Below are positions 7,978 to 16,571 of a stretch of 33,763 nt of DNA, in pieces (position 1 is the first letter of the stretch; each line of letters starts with the position of its first letter). The position numbers and the translations under genes were made by a program. The stretch lies in assembly GCA_046598515.1 (NCBI GenBank), contig JBKJIP010000271.1, forward strand, positions 1-33,763, read 5' to 3'. Origin of the DNA: Fimbriimonadaceae bacterium (GTDB lineage: Bacteria > Armatimonadota > Fimbriimonadia > Fimbriimonadales > Fimbriimonadaceae). Below the pieces are notes generated by a model. That model was not told the origin of the DNA. It was given only the letters and a program-made list of their open reading frames with translations, and did not search any database.

Positions 7978-9348
7978 TCAGATTTCGAATTTCTGATGCC
8001 ACGTCGGAATCACGGTCGACCAACCCAGTTCGGCCGTAATCTTCGCCTGCAGGGCAGCCTGAGCGGGCGGTTCGCCGTGGACGATGAAGGTCTTCTTGGG
8101 GGCGGATTTGAAGCCGCCTAACCAGCGCATCATCTCGCCCTGGTCCGCGTGAGCGGAGAGGGCGTTCAGCTTTTCGACACGCGCTTGAACCGCGATTTCT
8201 TTGCCGAAGATCTTGACGGTATCCGCACCCTCGATGAGCTTGCGCCCCAGCGTGCCGTTCGCTTGGTAACCGGTGAAGACCACCACGGTGCTCGGATCGC
8301 TCAGCCGGTGCATGAGGTGGTGAATGATGCGGCCGCCATTGGCCATGCCGCTACCGGCGATGACCATGAAGGGTCCCGGCCTCGAGTTCAGCTCCTTTGA
8401 TTGCTCGCGATCGCGCACGAAGGTGACGTTCTCGGGCTGCATGGGTGCGTGGCCCATCTTGAGCTCGCGGAGCATATCTTCATCGTGCTCTTCATAGGCA
8501 GACCGATAAAGGTCGGTAGCGCTGACAGCCATGGGGCTGTCGATGTAAATCGGGATTCGCGGGCACTCGCCCCGGTCTTGGAGCTCGTGGATAAAGTAAA
8601 GCAATTCTTGCGTTCGCCCAATGGCAAAGCTCGGCACAAGGACGGCGGAGCCGTTGTTGTAGGCATCCTTCATGATCGACGCGAGCCGCTCGTGAGTGTC
8701 CTCGGGCTTATGCAGGCGATCGCCGTACGTGCTCTCGATAACCAGATACTCAGAGAAATCTACTGCCGTCGGATCCTTGATGATCGGGGTGTTGAAGCGC
8801 CCAAGGTCCCCGGACATGAAGATTCGCTCGCCGCTCGGGAAGTAAATCTCGGTGAAGGCCGAACCCAGGATATGACCGGCGGGCAGATAACGCCACTCCA
8901 TCCGGCCGGGCAGGGTGTGGAAGTCGTCGTACGACTTCTTTTCCATCAGTTTCAGAGCGGCATAGGCGTCTTCTTCGGTGTAGGCAGGCTCGACTATCTC
9001 GCCGTGCTTGCTCCGGTGACGCGCCTCTTCTTCTTGCAGGCGTCCGCTATCGGGAAGACTAATTTTGCACAGGCCGACCGTGGCGGCCGTTCCATAAATC
9101 GGACCCCGATAGCCCGCCTTTACGAGCGCGGGCAAGAAGCCGATATGATCGATATGGGCATGGGTGAGGACGATGGCATCAATTTCAACGGGATTGATGG
9201 GAAATGGCATGCGATTGCGCGCGTTCAGCTCGGCGGAGCCTTGGAAGAGGCCGCAATCGATGAGGATTTTCTTCCCACCTACCTCGATCAAGTGGCGCGA
9301 GCCGGTTACCGTTTCGGCGGCGCCGTGAAATGTGATGCTTCCGTTCAT
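7978..9348 (-). CDS. MBL-fold beta-CASP family RNA-metabolising hydrolase
   Basis: 456-aa ORF. HAHIDHIG metallo-beta-lactamase motif, beta-CASP-like middle region, C-terminal SAHADQGEMMRW and IVHGEP motifs. Confidence 0.88.
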   Translation of the reverse strand: MNGSITFHGAAETVTGSRHLIEVGGKKILIDCGLFQGSAELNARNRMPFPINPVEIDAIVLTHAHIDHIGFLPALVKAGYRGPIYGTAATVGLCKISLPDSGRLQEEEARHRSKHGEIVEPAYTEEDAYAALKLMEKKSYDDFHTLPGRMEWRYLPAGHILGSAFTEIYFPSGERIFMSGDLGRFNTPIIKDPTAVDFSEYLVIESTYGDRLHKPEDTHERLASIMKDAYNNGSAVLVPSFAIGRTQELLYFIHELQDRGECPRIPIYIDSPMAVSATDLYRSAYEEHDEDMLRELKMGHAPMQPENVTFVRDREQSKELNSRPGPFMVIAGSGMANGGRIIHHLMHRLSDPSTVVVFTGYQANGTLGRKLIEGADTVKIFGKEIAVQARVEKLNALSAHADQGEMMRWLGGFKSAPKKTFIVHGEPPAQAALQAKITAELGWSTVIPTWHQKFEI

Positions 9349-9388
9349 TTAGCCTTATCTTGGCGCATTCCCTCCAGCCCGGGTTTGA

Positions 9389-9910
9389 ATGATCCTTCCG
9401 GGTAACCTTATGGAGATGCCGGAAGAGATCCCTGGTGAGGGCGACGATCTTAATCTCCCGCCATCCTTCTTTCCGATGGATGACGATCCGGACGCCGTAC
9501 GTTCCTATGGCGAGCCTGTAAAGTGTCATATCGAGGGCGTCTTCACCGTTCAGCAGGGCACAAATCTCAGCCAATTCGTGCTCCTCTCCGACGGCGAGCG
9601 AAAAGTGCCCATCTCCATCGGCCCGTTCGAAGCGCTTTCCATCAGTCAGGCTCTTGAGCGCGCCCGACCAGACCGGCCCCTCACTCACGATTTGGTCAAG
9701 ACAATAATCGAGCGTTTGCGCGGCGACATCGACCGAGTCGTCATCGACGATCTTTGGAATAGCGTCTACTACGCGAAGATTTATCTGAAGGTCGACAAAG
9801 AGGAGCTCGAAATCGATTCGCGCCCAAGCGACGCGGTCGCCATCGCCGTACGGTTCGGCGCTCCGATTTACGTTGCCGACGGCATTCTCGATCTTGGCGA
9901 CGAGGGCTAA
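9389..9910 (+). CDS. bifunctional nuclease family protein (DUF151/BFN domain)
   Basis: VLLSDGERKVPISIGPFEALSISQAL...RPLTHDL...VVIDDLWNSVYYAKIYL is typical of DUF151. The start could instead be ATG 9410 or 9416. Confidence 0.8.
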   Translation: MILPGNLMEMPEEIPGEGDDLNLPPSFFPMDDDPDAVRSYGEPVKCHIEGVFTVQQGTNLSQFVLLSDGERKVPISIGPFEALSISQALERARPDRPLTHDLVKTIIERLRGDIDRVVIDDLWNSVYYAKIYLKVDKEELEIDSRPSDAVAIAVRFGAPIYVADGILDLGDEG

Positions 9911-9913
9911 TCC

Positions 9914-10555
9914 TTGTACGAGGGGCTTTTCGACGGCATTACAAACATGCGGCGCGATGCCGATCTCTTGTCACAAGCCGAAAGTGGTGTGACAGCATGG
10001 CGAGTGTACGGATGGGACGGTCCCTGGGTGAGCCTTGGTCGCTTCCAGAAGGCGGATACCGCCCTCAAGCCCGATGCGCCAGTTCAGTGGGTGGAACGCC
10101 CCACCGGTGGACGGGGAGTCCTTCACGGGCACGACGTTACTCTTGGGCTCGCCTTCCCTCTCGTTGAACTATGCCCTCAGGAAGAGTGGCGCAACATTCG
10201 GGCCGTATACCGAGCCACTATAACGCCGATCGTCGAAGCGTTGCGGCTCTGCGGCATTGATGCCGCCCTCGGCGAGACCCTCAATCGGTCGCCCGATCTC
10301 AAGTCTCCAGACTGCTTTGCTCTGATCTCGGCCAACGACGTAGTCGACCTGGCAAACGGGGAGAAAGTTTGCGGCTGCGCGTTGCGGTTAACTGAAACCG
10401 CGGTGCTCGCCCAGTGTAGTATTCCCGCTGCCGCCCCGTTGGTGAATCCGGCGGAAGTCTATGCAGGAGCTGCTCCAGCCCATTGGATTCAGCTCGAACA
10501 TGCGGTTTTTGCCGGTGCCCTTAAAGATTTCATAAACAAGAAAGCCCGGCAGTGA
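9914..10555 (+). CDS. lipoate/octanoate-protein ligase-like protein (BPL/LPL catalytic domain)
   Basis: N-terminal NMRRDADLL (compare NMAxDEALL), SLGRFQ, ERPTGGRGVLHGHDVT and GEKVCGCALR (candidate Lys) motifs. TTG start 4 nt after the upstream stop. The N-terminal motif argues against the later ATG at 9947. Confidence 0.7.
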   Translation: MYEGLFDGITNMRRDADLLSQAESGVTAWRVYGWDGPWVSLGRFQKADTALKPDAPVQWVERPTGGRGVLHGHDVTLGLAFPLVELCPQEEWRNIRAVYRATITPIVEALRLCGIDAALGETLNRSPDLKSPDCFALISANDVVDLANGEKVCGCALRLTETAVLAQCSIPAAAPLVNPAEVYAGAAPAHWIQLEHAVFAGALKDFINKKARQ

Positions 10556-10564
10556 GGCCGGGCT
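10543..10564. terminator. hairpin terminator between convergent genes
   Basis: AGCCCGGC-AGTGAG-GCCGGGCT, 8-bp perfect stem. On the minus strand it is followed by TTCTTGTTT, so it best terminates the 10595-11155 gene. It overlaps the stop codon of the LplA-like gene. Confidence 0.55.
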
Positions 10565-10594
10565 TCTCGACGTTAAGGAGGAACCTAAAGTCGT

Positions 10595-11155
10595 TTAGAG
10601 ACCGCCGCCGCCCTTGCCCTTATTGCCACCTTTAGCGGCACCAGCACCACCACCGGCGCCTGGACCACCCGGTCGGCCGCCACCCATGTTCTTGCGCATT
10701 TCGGCGCGCATGGCCTCGAGCTTCTTCTTCTGATCAGCCGTAAGGACAGCTTCGGCTTTCTTTTGGATTGCTTCCATCTTCGGGCGCACCTTCTGCATGA
10801 TCTCCATGAATTTGGCGCGATTCTTTTCCCGGTCCTCGGGCTTCGCGTTGCGCATCTTTTCCATGTCGGCCTGGTAGGGCTTCATCACAGCTTCGCCTTC
10901 CTTCTGAATGGCCTCGAGCTTCGTCTTCTGCGCAGGGGTGATGCCGAGTTTCTTCTGAGTTTCAGGAGTCATCAGCAATCGCGAACCACCGCGCATGCCG
11001 CCCATTCGCATGCCACCTTGGCCGCGCTGCTGGGCGCCGCCTTGCTGACCTTTGCCTTGGGTGCCCTGCTTGGGTCCGGCTGCTTGAGCCGAGGCGGAAC
11101 CGACAAAAACTACGGCGAAAGCCGCGGAAACGAGTAGCGTCAAAACCTTTTTCAT
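10595..11155 (-). CDS. secreted Gly/Met-rich LTXXQ-motif (Spy/CpxP-like) periplasmic protein
   Basis: Signal peptide MKKVLTLLVSAAFAVVFVGSASAQA. QGGAQQRGQGGMRMGGMRGG tract. ITPAQKTKLEAIQ and LTADQKKKLEAMR motifs. Gly-rich tail. Confidence 0.65.
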   Translation of the reverse strand: MKKVLTLLVSAAFAVVFVGSASAQAAGPKQGTQGKGQQGGAQQRGQGGMRMGGMRGGSRLLMTPETQKKLGITPAQKTKLEAIQKEGEAVMKPYQADMEKMRNAKPEDREKNRAKFMEIMQKVRPKMEAIQKKAEAVLTADQKKKLEAMRAEMRKNMGGGRPGGPGAGGGAGAAKGGNKGKGGGGL

Positions 11156-11219
11156 ATTCTCTCTCTCAAAGCTCTAGCTTGAGGATACGAGTTGAAAGAC
11201 GCGCACGAAAGGCGGAAGT

Positions 11220-11957
11220 TCACCTCACCTCATCAAAAGAGTTCGCACGAGACTTACCAACAAGTTCCCTGATCGCCGGACGGTCGCTGTTTTCAAACCC
11301 TTCCGTGTCTCCAACGTATGTCAAATGACCCGCTTCGAGGAAGGCCACGCGGTCCGCGACCCGAAAAACTGACGAGACATCATGGCTAACAACCAGCGAA
11401 GTTACCCCTAGCCGATCGCGCAACTCGACGATTTCGGAGTCGATCGTGTAGGCCGTTATAGGGTCGAGGCCCGTTGTCGGCTCGTCGTATAGAATGACCT
11501 CGGGTTCCAGAGCAAGGGCCCGCGCAATGCCGACCCGCTTTCGCATCCCGCCGCTGAGTTCCGAAGGCATCTGACTCTCGATGTCCTTGAGACCAACGCT
11601 GTCGAGCGCTTCGCGGACGACGTCCGCTTCGTCCTTCCGCGAGAGCTTTCGAGTTCGACGTACTCCAAAAAGAATGTTTTCACCGACCGTCATGTAATCG
11701 AACAACGCGGCGGACTGGAACACGAGGCCCATTTTCTTGCGAGCGGCTTCGGCTTTCTCGGGCACTTTCATGCCGGCGACCTCGATCGTGCCTTCCTCAT
11801 AGGGAATGAGGCCCGCGATGCACTTGAGGAGCGTGGTCTTCCCTCCCCCCGAGCTGCCCATGATCGCCACGATCTCACCCTTGGAGAGTTCGAGATTGAT
11901 GTCCGTGAGAACGGTATGCGTCCCAAACCGCTTCGTAAGGCCCCGGACCGCAATCAT
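11220..11957 (-). CDS. ABC transporter ATP-binding protein (MlaF-like)
   Basis: Walker A GSSGGGKTTLLK, signature LSGGMRKRVGIARAL, Walker B ILYDEPTTGLD, H-loop VVSHD. Confidence 0.85.
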   Translation of the reverse strand: MIAVRGLTKRFGTHTVLTDINLELSKGEIVAIMGSSGGGKTTLLKCIAGLIPYEEGTIEVAGMKVPEKAEAARKKMGLVFQSAALFDYMTVGENILFGVRRTRKLSRKDEADVVREALDSVGLKDIESQMPSELSGGMRKRVGIARALALEPEVILYDEPTTGLDPITAYTIDSEIVELRDRLGVTSLVVSHDVSSVFRVADRVAFLEAGHLTYVGDTEGFENSDRPAIRELVGKSRANSFDEVR

Positions 11958-11958
11958 T

Positions 11959-12657
11959 CTAACGGTTTACCTGAACGGAAAGGCTTCCCTTGCGAAGGGC
12001 CGACGGGCTGACCGCGAACCGCGCGGTAAACGCCCGCGTAAAGTGGGACGGAGCACTGAATCCGCAAGCCACGGCGACTTCGTTGATCGTGGCGAAATTG
12101 TCGCTGACGATCATCTCCTTCGCCCGCTCCAGCCTAAGGTTCGAGAGATACTTGCTGAACGGCGTTCCCGTAACCTCTTTGAAGAGGTGGCGGAAGTGCG
12201 ATGTGCTCAGGCCAAACTTTGCGGCAACGACATCATCGTTCAAGTCATCCCCAAACTTCTCGCTCAACATTTCAAGCGATCGCTCGATCAGGACATGAGA
12301 AGGGTTGGGGAGCGGGGAGAACATCGAGGAAGTTACCTCCGTCGAGATGCGCACGGCTTCCGCGGCGACATCCTCATGGGTCGTCATTCGATCCAGCGAT
12401 CGAGCGGCCTCAAGTTGAACGCGGTGCATGTAGCGGTCGCCACCGATCTCAAGCGTTGCCGCCGTCACGACGGCGATAAAAGTCAGGGCTTCGCCCTTGG
12501 CCTCGTCTAGGTCTTTGGTCGCATTGACGGCGCGAACGAGCTGGTCGATCGCACGTTGCATTCGCGTCCTATCTGCGCAACGGACAATTCCGGCGATCTC
12601 GGATAGGCTAACGCCCGTTCCATGGGAATGGAACGGGCATGCATGAAGTTCACTCAC
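11959..12657 (-). CDS. AraC-family transcriptional regulator with uncharacterised helical N-terminal domain
   Basis: C-terminal double HTH: AAKFGLSTSHFRHLFKEVTGTPFSKYLSNLRLERAKEMI...INEVAVACGFSAPSHFTRAFTARFAVSPSALR. The GTG start at 12657 is uncertain; an alternative is the ATG at MQRAIDQL. Confidence 0.8.
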   Translation of the reverse strand: MSELHACPFHSHGTGVSLSEIAGIVRCADRTRMQRAIDQLVRAVNATKDLDEAKGEALTFIAVVTAATLEIGGDRYMHRVQLEAARSLDRMTTHEDVAAEAVRISTEVTSSMFSPLPNPSHVLIERSLEMLSEKFGDDLNDDVVAAKFGLSTSHFRHLFKEVTGTPFSKYLSNLRLERAKEMIVSDNFATINEVAVACGFSAPSHFTRAFTARFAVSPSALRKGSLSVQVNR

Positions 12658-14267
12658 TATTGACTTAGACGCGTCTTGGTGTGCGGTAAGTGCCCGAAAA
12701 GTGATTCGCGCATCCCGCTGATGCGAGGACTGACCAGCTCCACGTCACGCTGGAAGTAGATCGGGACCCACACCGCATCGGCGAGGATTAGGTCTTCGGC
12801 CTGCTGATAAAGCTTGGCTCGGGCGTCGTTTTCGGTCTCAGGCATGGCGTCTGCTTGGCGGCAAAGTGCATCAACCTGATCGTTCTTGTAGCCGAAGTGA
12901 TTCTCCGGTCCAAAGCTAGCGAGCATTTGGCTGATGAAGTTCTGGGGGTCGAGATAGTCGGCCGCCCATCGCATGTGGAAGAACGCATTCTCGCCGCGAT
13001 TGTCTCGCTCGAGGTACGCCTTCCATTCCGTCTCGCGAACTTTGACCGTAACGCCGAGCGTGGCTTTGATCTGGCTGGCGACGGACTCGGCTACGCGGGA
13101 AATGTCCTTGTAACCCTGTCGGCAGCGAATCTCGAGCTCGGGCATTCCCTTGCCTCCGGGATAGCCGGCTTCGGCCAGAAGCCTCTTGGCACCTTCCGGA
13201 TCGAAAGGAATCGTCGCAGGCGACTTTTCACGGTTGCCAAAGACTCCGGGAGGAATGATCGTGTGCGCTTCCTGGTTGATGCCGCCCAGGTAGTTGTTGA
13301 CGATCGTCTGTCGATCGATGGCCATCGCGAACGCCTGGCGTACGCGGCGATCGGCGAACGGCTTGTACAGGCCGCTCGGGGCGATACCCACATACCAAAT
13401 CGCGGGACGATTATAGGTCTTGAGCATGGACGCGAACTTCGTGTCCTTCTTCAGGCCGTCGACTTCCTCACGCTGGAGCAGGAGAATATCCAGTTCGCCA
13501 GCCTTGAACTTTGCGAGGCGAGTCGTCGCATCCAGAATGATCGGGCGCTCCATTCCGTCGAGGGAGGGCGCGCCGTCGTGGTAATCCTTGTTCGCTTCGA
13601 GCTTCATGACCTGCTCGGCGATGTACTCTTTCGCTTTGAAGGCACCGGTGCCGATCATGTTGTCGACCTTGGTCATTTCCGTGCCTGCGTTCTGTGCTTC
13701 CTTCGCGATAACAGAGAAGACAGGATAGGTCATCTTGCCGAGGAAGTAGGGACGAGCCTGATCGAGTTCGACTCGCAGGGTGTAGTCGTCCACGGCCTTG
13801 ACGCCGCTGATTTCTTTGGCTTTGCCTTGAACCACGTCCATGACGCCCATGACATCGCTCATGTAAGCCTCGGCCATAGTCGACTGAAGAGCCGGATTCG
13901 CATTGCGATTCCAGGTGTAGACAAAGTCCTCCGCCTTCAGTTCGCGGCCGTTGTGGAACTTGACTCCCTTCTTGATTTTGAAGAGATAGACCTTGCCGTT
14001 CTGCTCGGTCGTCCAGCTTTCGGCGAGAACGCCGACCGGTTGGTTGTCCTCACTCCAACTGATCAGGCCTTCATAGACCTGTTGGATCATATCGATGGTA
14101 TCGCCATCGCGGACCTTTCCAGGATCGAGGCTCGTGGGCTTGTTAGGAATCGCGTACCGGAGGATATTGGACTTCCCCTTGTTCGCCTCCTGAGAGAAAT
14201 TGCCCTTGCCACATCCGGGCAAAACCAGGGCGGCGGCAAGGAATGCCAAGAAAAGAGAGCGCTTCAT
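12657..14267 (-). CDS. ABC transporter substrate-binding lipoprotein, family 5 (peptide/nickel type)
   Basis: 536-aa ORF. Lipobox LVLPGCGKG. Family-5 SBP features along the full length (YEGLISW, FKIKKGVKFHNG, WAADYLDPQNF). Confidence 0.88.
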   Translation of the reverse strand: MKRSLFLAFLAAALVLPGCGKGNFSQEANKGKSNILRYAIPNKPTSLDPGKVRDGDTIDMIQQVYEGLISWSEDNQPVGVLAESWTTEQNGKVYLFKIKKGVKFHNGRELKAEDFVYTWNRNANPALQSTMAEAYMSDVMGVMDVVQGKAKEISGVKAVDDYTLRVELDQARPYFLGKMTYPVFSVIAKEAQNAGTEMTKVDNMIGTGAFKAKEYIAEQVMKLEANKDYHDGAPSLDGMERPIILDATTRLAKFKAGELDILLLQREEVDGLKKDTKFASMLKTYNRPAIWYVGIAPSGLYKPFADRRVRQAFAMAIDRQTIVNNYLGGINQEAHTIIPPGVFGNREKSPATIPFDPEGAKRLLAEAGYPGGKGMPELEIRCRQGYKDISRVAESVASQIKATLGVTVKVRETEWKAYLERDNRGENAFFHMRWAADYLDPQNFISQMLASFGPENHFGYKNDQVDALCRQADAMPETENDARAKLYQQAEDLILADAVWVPIYFQRDVELVSPRISGMRESLFGHLPHTKTRLSQ

Positions 14268-14279
14268 GCTATGCAGAGT

Positions 14280-16562
14280 TTAACATAGCGCGGCGTCACT
14301 TAGAGCCTCAGTTGTCGCATAGTAGTACGGAGTGTGCGATTCGAACTCACCCGCGCACGTGTCGACCATCTTGTAACCGACCGGCTCCTGGCTCGGCGGG
14401 TCCTCAAGAATCCCCTTGATTTTGCGGAGGAACCACTTGTCCACGCGGCTGAGCTTGTGCACTTCTTCAACGCTCCACCCCCGCCGCAACCCCTCGGCGA
14501 TCGCCCATAGGCGCTCGTCGGTGGGGATTTTGATGGCTTTAGCCAAAGCCTCATCCGTAGCAGGAACCTCCCCCGTGGCAGGGGCTTCCCCTTGCGTAGC
14601 ATGACCGTCCCGGTCATGTGTAGTTCGACCGTCCCGGTCGAAAGTCTCGGCAAGCTGCTCTCTCACGTAAGTCCATTCCCAATCCTTGAGATTGGCCTTG
14701 ACTGGATTGTCCAGAGTGTAACGAATGCAGCGGAGATAGCCGCCCTGGTTCCTGATGAGATGATCGTAGTTCTCATCCTGCCAGAAGTCCCCAGAACGAT
14801 TCAGCAGGCGATTGATCTCATGGGCAGTGAACGACTTCCAAGAGTGAAGAATTTTCGGCAAATCGTATTCTGTCGTGGGCGTCACAACCGCATGAACGTG
14901 ATTGGGCATGACGGCGAATGCGTCAAGTCGGTAACGCTCGCCATCAAAGTGCTTCATCGCCTCGGCGACAATCGTAGCCACTCGCGGATCTCGGAGGAAG
15001 CACGCTCCGTGCCCAGCATCCAGGTATTCACCGATCTTATCGGACAGTAGCCTTTCGTGCTGTGCGGCCTGCGCTGGCGTTAAATGTTGCTTGCTCTTGA
15101 GTTCATCCAGACGCCGCCGCTCCTCTCGCCACTCTTCTCTGGTCGCCACCGGGACCGAGTCAGCGAGGCGGAAAGTCACGAAGTAGGAGGCTCCCTCTGA
15201 ATAGACGTGAGGCAGTCTTGCTCCCTTATGGCGATCCAAACCGGCCTCGGGATTCCAAGCGTAGAGGGCTTCTTCGGTTTCGACCGGGACGGTCGAACTA
15301 CTCATGACCGGGACGGTCATGCTACTGGATACGGAGCGGGGGCCGGCGAACTTTTCTAGCCAGAGATCCTTCGTCTTCACTTCTAGACCACGCACTGCTT
15401 TCAACAGCGCCCCCTCGAAAGTCCGGTCGATCGCCATGACCTCACCCGTCGCCTTCATTTGCGTGAACAGCGTCCGGTCGCCGGATGCGAACTTGTCGAA
15501 GGGCCATCGGGGAATCTTCACTACGCAGTAGTCCAAGGCGGGCTCGAAGCAGGCTTTGGTCGTGCCGGTGACCTGATTCTCGATCTCATCGAGCGTCTTC
15601 CCGCTGGCAATTTTCGCGGCGACGCGGGCGATGGGGTAACCGGTCGCCTTGGAAGCCAACGCCGAGGATCGAGACACCCGAGGATTGACCTCGATGATGT
15701 AGTAGTCAAAACTCTCCGGGTTAACCGCGAGCTGCACGTTGCAGCCTCCCTCGATCCCCAGCGCTTGAATGATCTTCAGCGATGCGGTCCGCAGCATGTG
15801 ATATTCGATGTCGCTCAGCGTCTGCGAAGGGGCGACGACGATGGAGTCGCCCGTATGCACGCCCATCGGGTCGAAGTTCTCCATGTTGCAAACCGTAATG
15901 CAGGTTCCCTTCGAGTCACGCATGACCTCATACTCGACTTCTTTCCAGCCCAGCAGACTCCGCTCGATCATGATCTGGGAGCGCAAGGAAAGCTTGAGAC
16001 CGTTGTTGCCGATCTCCCAGAGCTCTTCCGGCGTGTTCGCGATGCCGCCGCCGGTACCGCCGAGCGTATAAGCCGGGCGAACGATGCAGGGATACGGCGC
16101 AGTTTCCAGGAGTGCTTTGAGTTCATCCGGATTCTGGATGATCCAGCTCTCCGGAACGGGCTCGCGGATCTCCCGCATGAGGGCTCGGAACTCGTCTCGA
16201 TCTTCTGCCTTTCGAATGGCGCTGAGGGGTGTGCCCAACACTCGAACGTTGTATTTCTCGATGATTCCGGCGTCTTCGAGTTGAATCGCGAGATTCAAGC
16301 CGGTTTGACCACCAAGAGTGGGCAACAGGGCATCTGGCCGCTCCCGAGCGATTACTCGCTCGCAGAAGTCCACATTCAACGGCTCGATATAGAGCGCATC
16401 CGCCACTCCGGGATCAGTCATGATCGTGGCAGGATTCGAATTGATAAGGACGACTTGGTGCCCCTCTTCTTTTAGGGACTTGCATGCCTGAGTGCCGGCA
16501 TAATCAAATTCGGCCGCTTGCCCGATGACGATTGGGCCGGAGCCGATAACGAGAACTTTCAT
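14280..16562 (-). CDS. carB: carbamoyl-phosphate synthase large subunit, N-terminal half only, carrying an in-frame RAYT transposase insertion (aa ~409-669)
   Basis: [51 protein letters not shown]..., ATP-grasp core, [20 protein letters not shown], then oligomerisation-domain sequence [17 protein letters not shown]...VDKWFL...[18 protein letters not shown]. The ORF stops where full-length CarB would begin its second ATP-grasp half. It is a single uninterrupted 760-aa frame. Confidence 0.85.
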   Translation of the reverse strand: MKVLVIGSGPIVIGQAAEFDYAGTQACKSLKEEGHQVVLINSNPATIMTDPGVADALYIEPLNVDFCERVIARERPDALLPTLGGQTGLNLAIQLEDAGIIEKYNVRVLGTPLSAIRKAEDRDEFRALMREIREPVPESWIIQNPDELKALLETAPYPCIVRPAYTLGGTGGGIANTPEELWEIGNNGLKLSLRSQIMIERSLLGWKEVEYEVMRDSKGTCITVCNMENFDPMGVHTGDSIVVAPSQTLSDIEYHMLRTASLKIIQALGIEGGCNVQLAVNPESFDYYIIEVNPRVSRSSALASKATGYPIARVAAKIASGKTLDEIENQVTGTTKACFEPALDYCVVKIPRWPFDKFASGDRTLFTQMKATGEVMAIDRTFEGALLKAVRGLEVKTKDLWLEKFAGPRSVSSSMTVPVMSSSTVPVETEEALYAWNPEAGLDRHKGARLPHVYSEGASYFVTFRLADSVPVATREEWREERRRLDELKSKQHLTPAQAAQHERLLSDKIGEYLDAGHGACFLRDPRVATIVAEAMKHFDGERYRLDAFAVMPNHVHAVVTPTTEYDLPKILHSWKSFTAHEINRLLNRSGDFWQDENYDHLIRNQGGYLRCIRYTLDNPVKANLKDWEWTYVREQLAETFDRDGRTTHDRDGHATQGEAPATGEVPATDEALAKAIKIPTDERLWAIAEGLRRGWSVEEVHKLSRVDKWFLRKIKGILEDPPSQEPVGYKMVDTCAGEFESHTPYYYATTEALSDAALC
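14596..14642 (+). repeat. REP doublet (GTAG-CATGACCGTCCCGGTCATG-t-GTAG-TTCGACCGTCCCGGTCGAA)
   Basis: Two perfect hairpins (8-bp stem, 3-nt loop), each preceded by GTAG. Translated within the carB frame as [15 protein letters not shown]. Confidence 0.85.
15279..15325 (-). repeat. REP doublet, inverted copy
   Basis: Its reverse complement matches 14596-14642 at 46/47 positions. Translated within the carB frame as [15 protein letters not shown]. Confidence 0.85.
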
Positions 16563-16571
16563 GGTCCAGAG

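Larger units (their letters stand above)
14596..15325 (-). mobile_element. REPtron-like unit: HUH/Y1 REP-associated tyrosine transposase (RAYT) flanked by inverted REP doublets
   Basis: RAYT core at about 14664-15218: [21 protein letters not shown] motif PNHVHAVV (14892-14900), [24 protein letters not shown] (Tyr codon 14718-14720). The 47-bp terminal inverted repeats match at 46/47 positions, each with GTAG at the outer end. Confidence 0.8.

Noticed and set aside
12855-14288. Long antisense ORFs opposite well-supported genes. Examples: 12855-14288 (477 aa), 15459-16475 (338 aa), 8401-9405 (334 aa), 25541-26596 (351 aa), 6943-7836 (297 aa), 27873-28772 (299 aa), 29052-29795, 31243-31950, 20286-20903.
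   Set aside because: These are typical shadow ORFs of GC-rich DNA. Their translations are Arg/Gly/Pro/Asp-rich with no motifs. Each lies entirely opposite to, or out of frame with, a CDS that carries clear family signatures.
14556-15340. Intein or homing-endonuclease insertion in CarB.
   Set aside because: No Cys/Ser/Thr + ...HN-Cys/Ser/Thr splice-junction residues and no LAGLIDADG/HNH motifs are present. The insert carries HUH and Y1-transposase motifs and is bounded by DNA inverted repeats, so it is a DNA transposon rather than a protein-splicing element.
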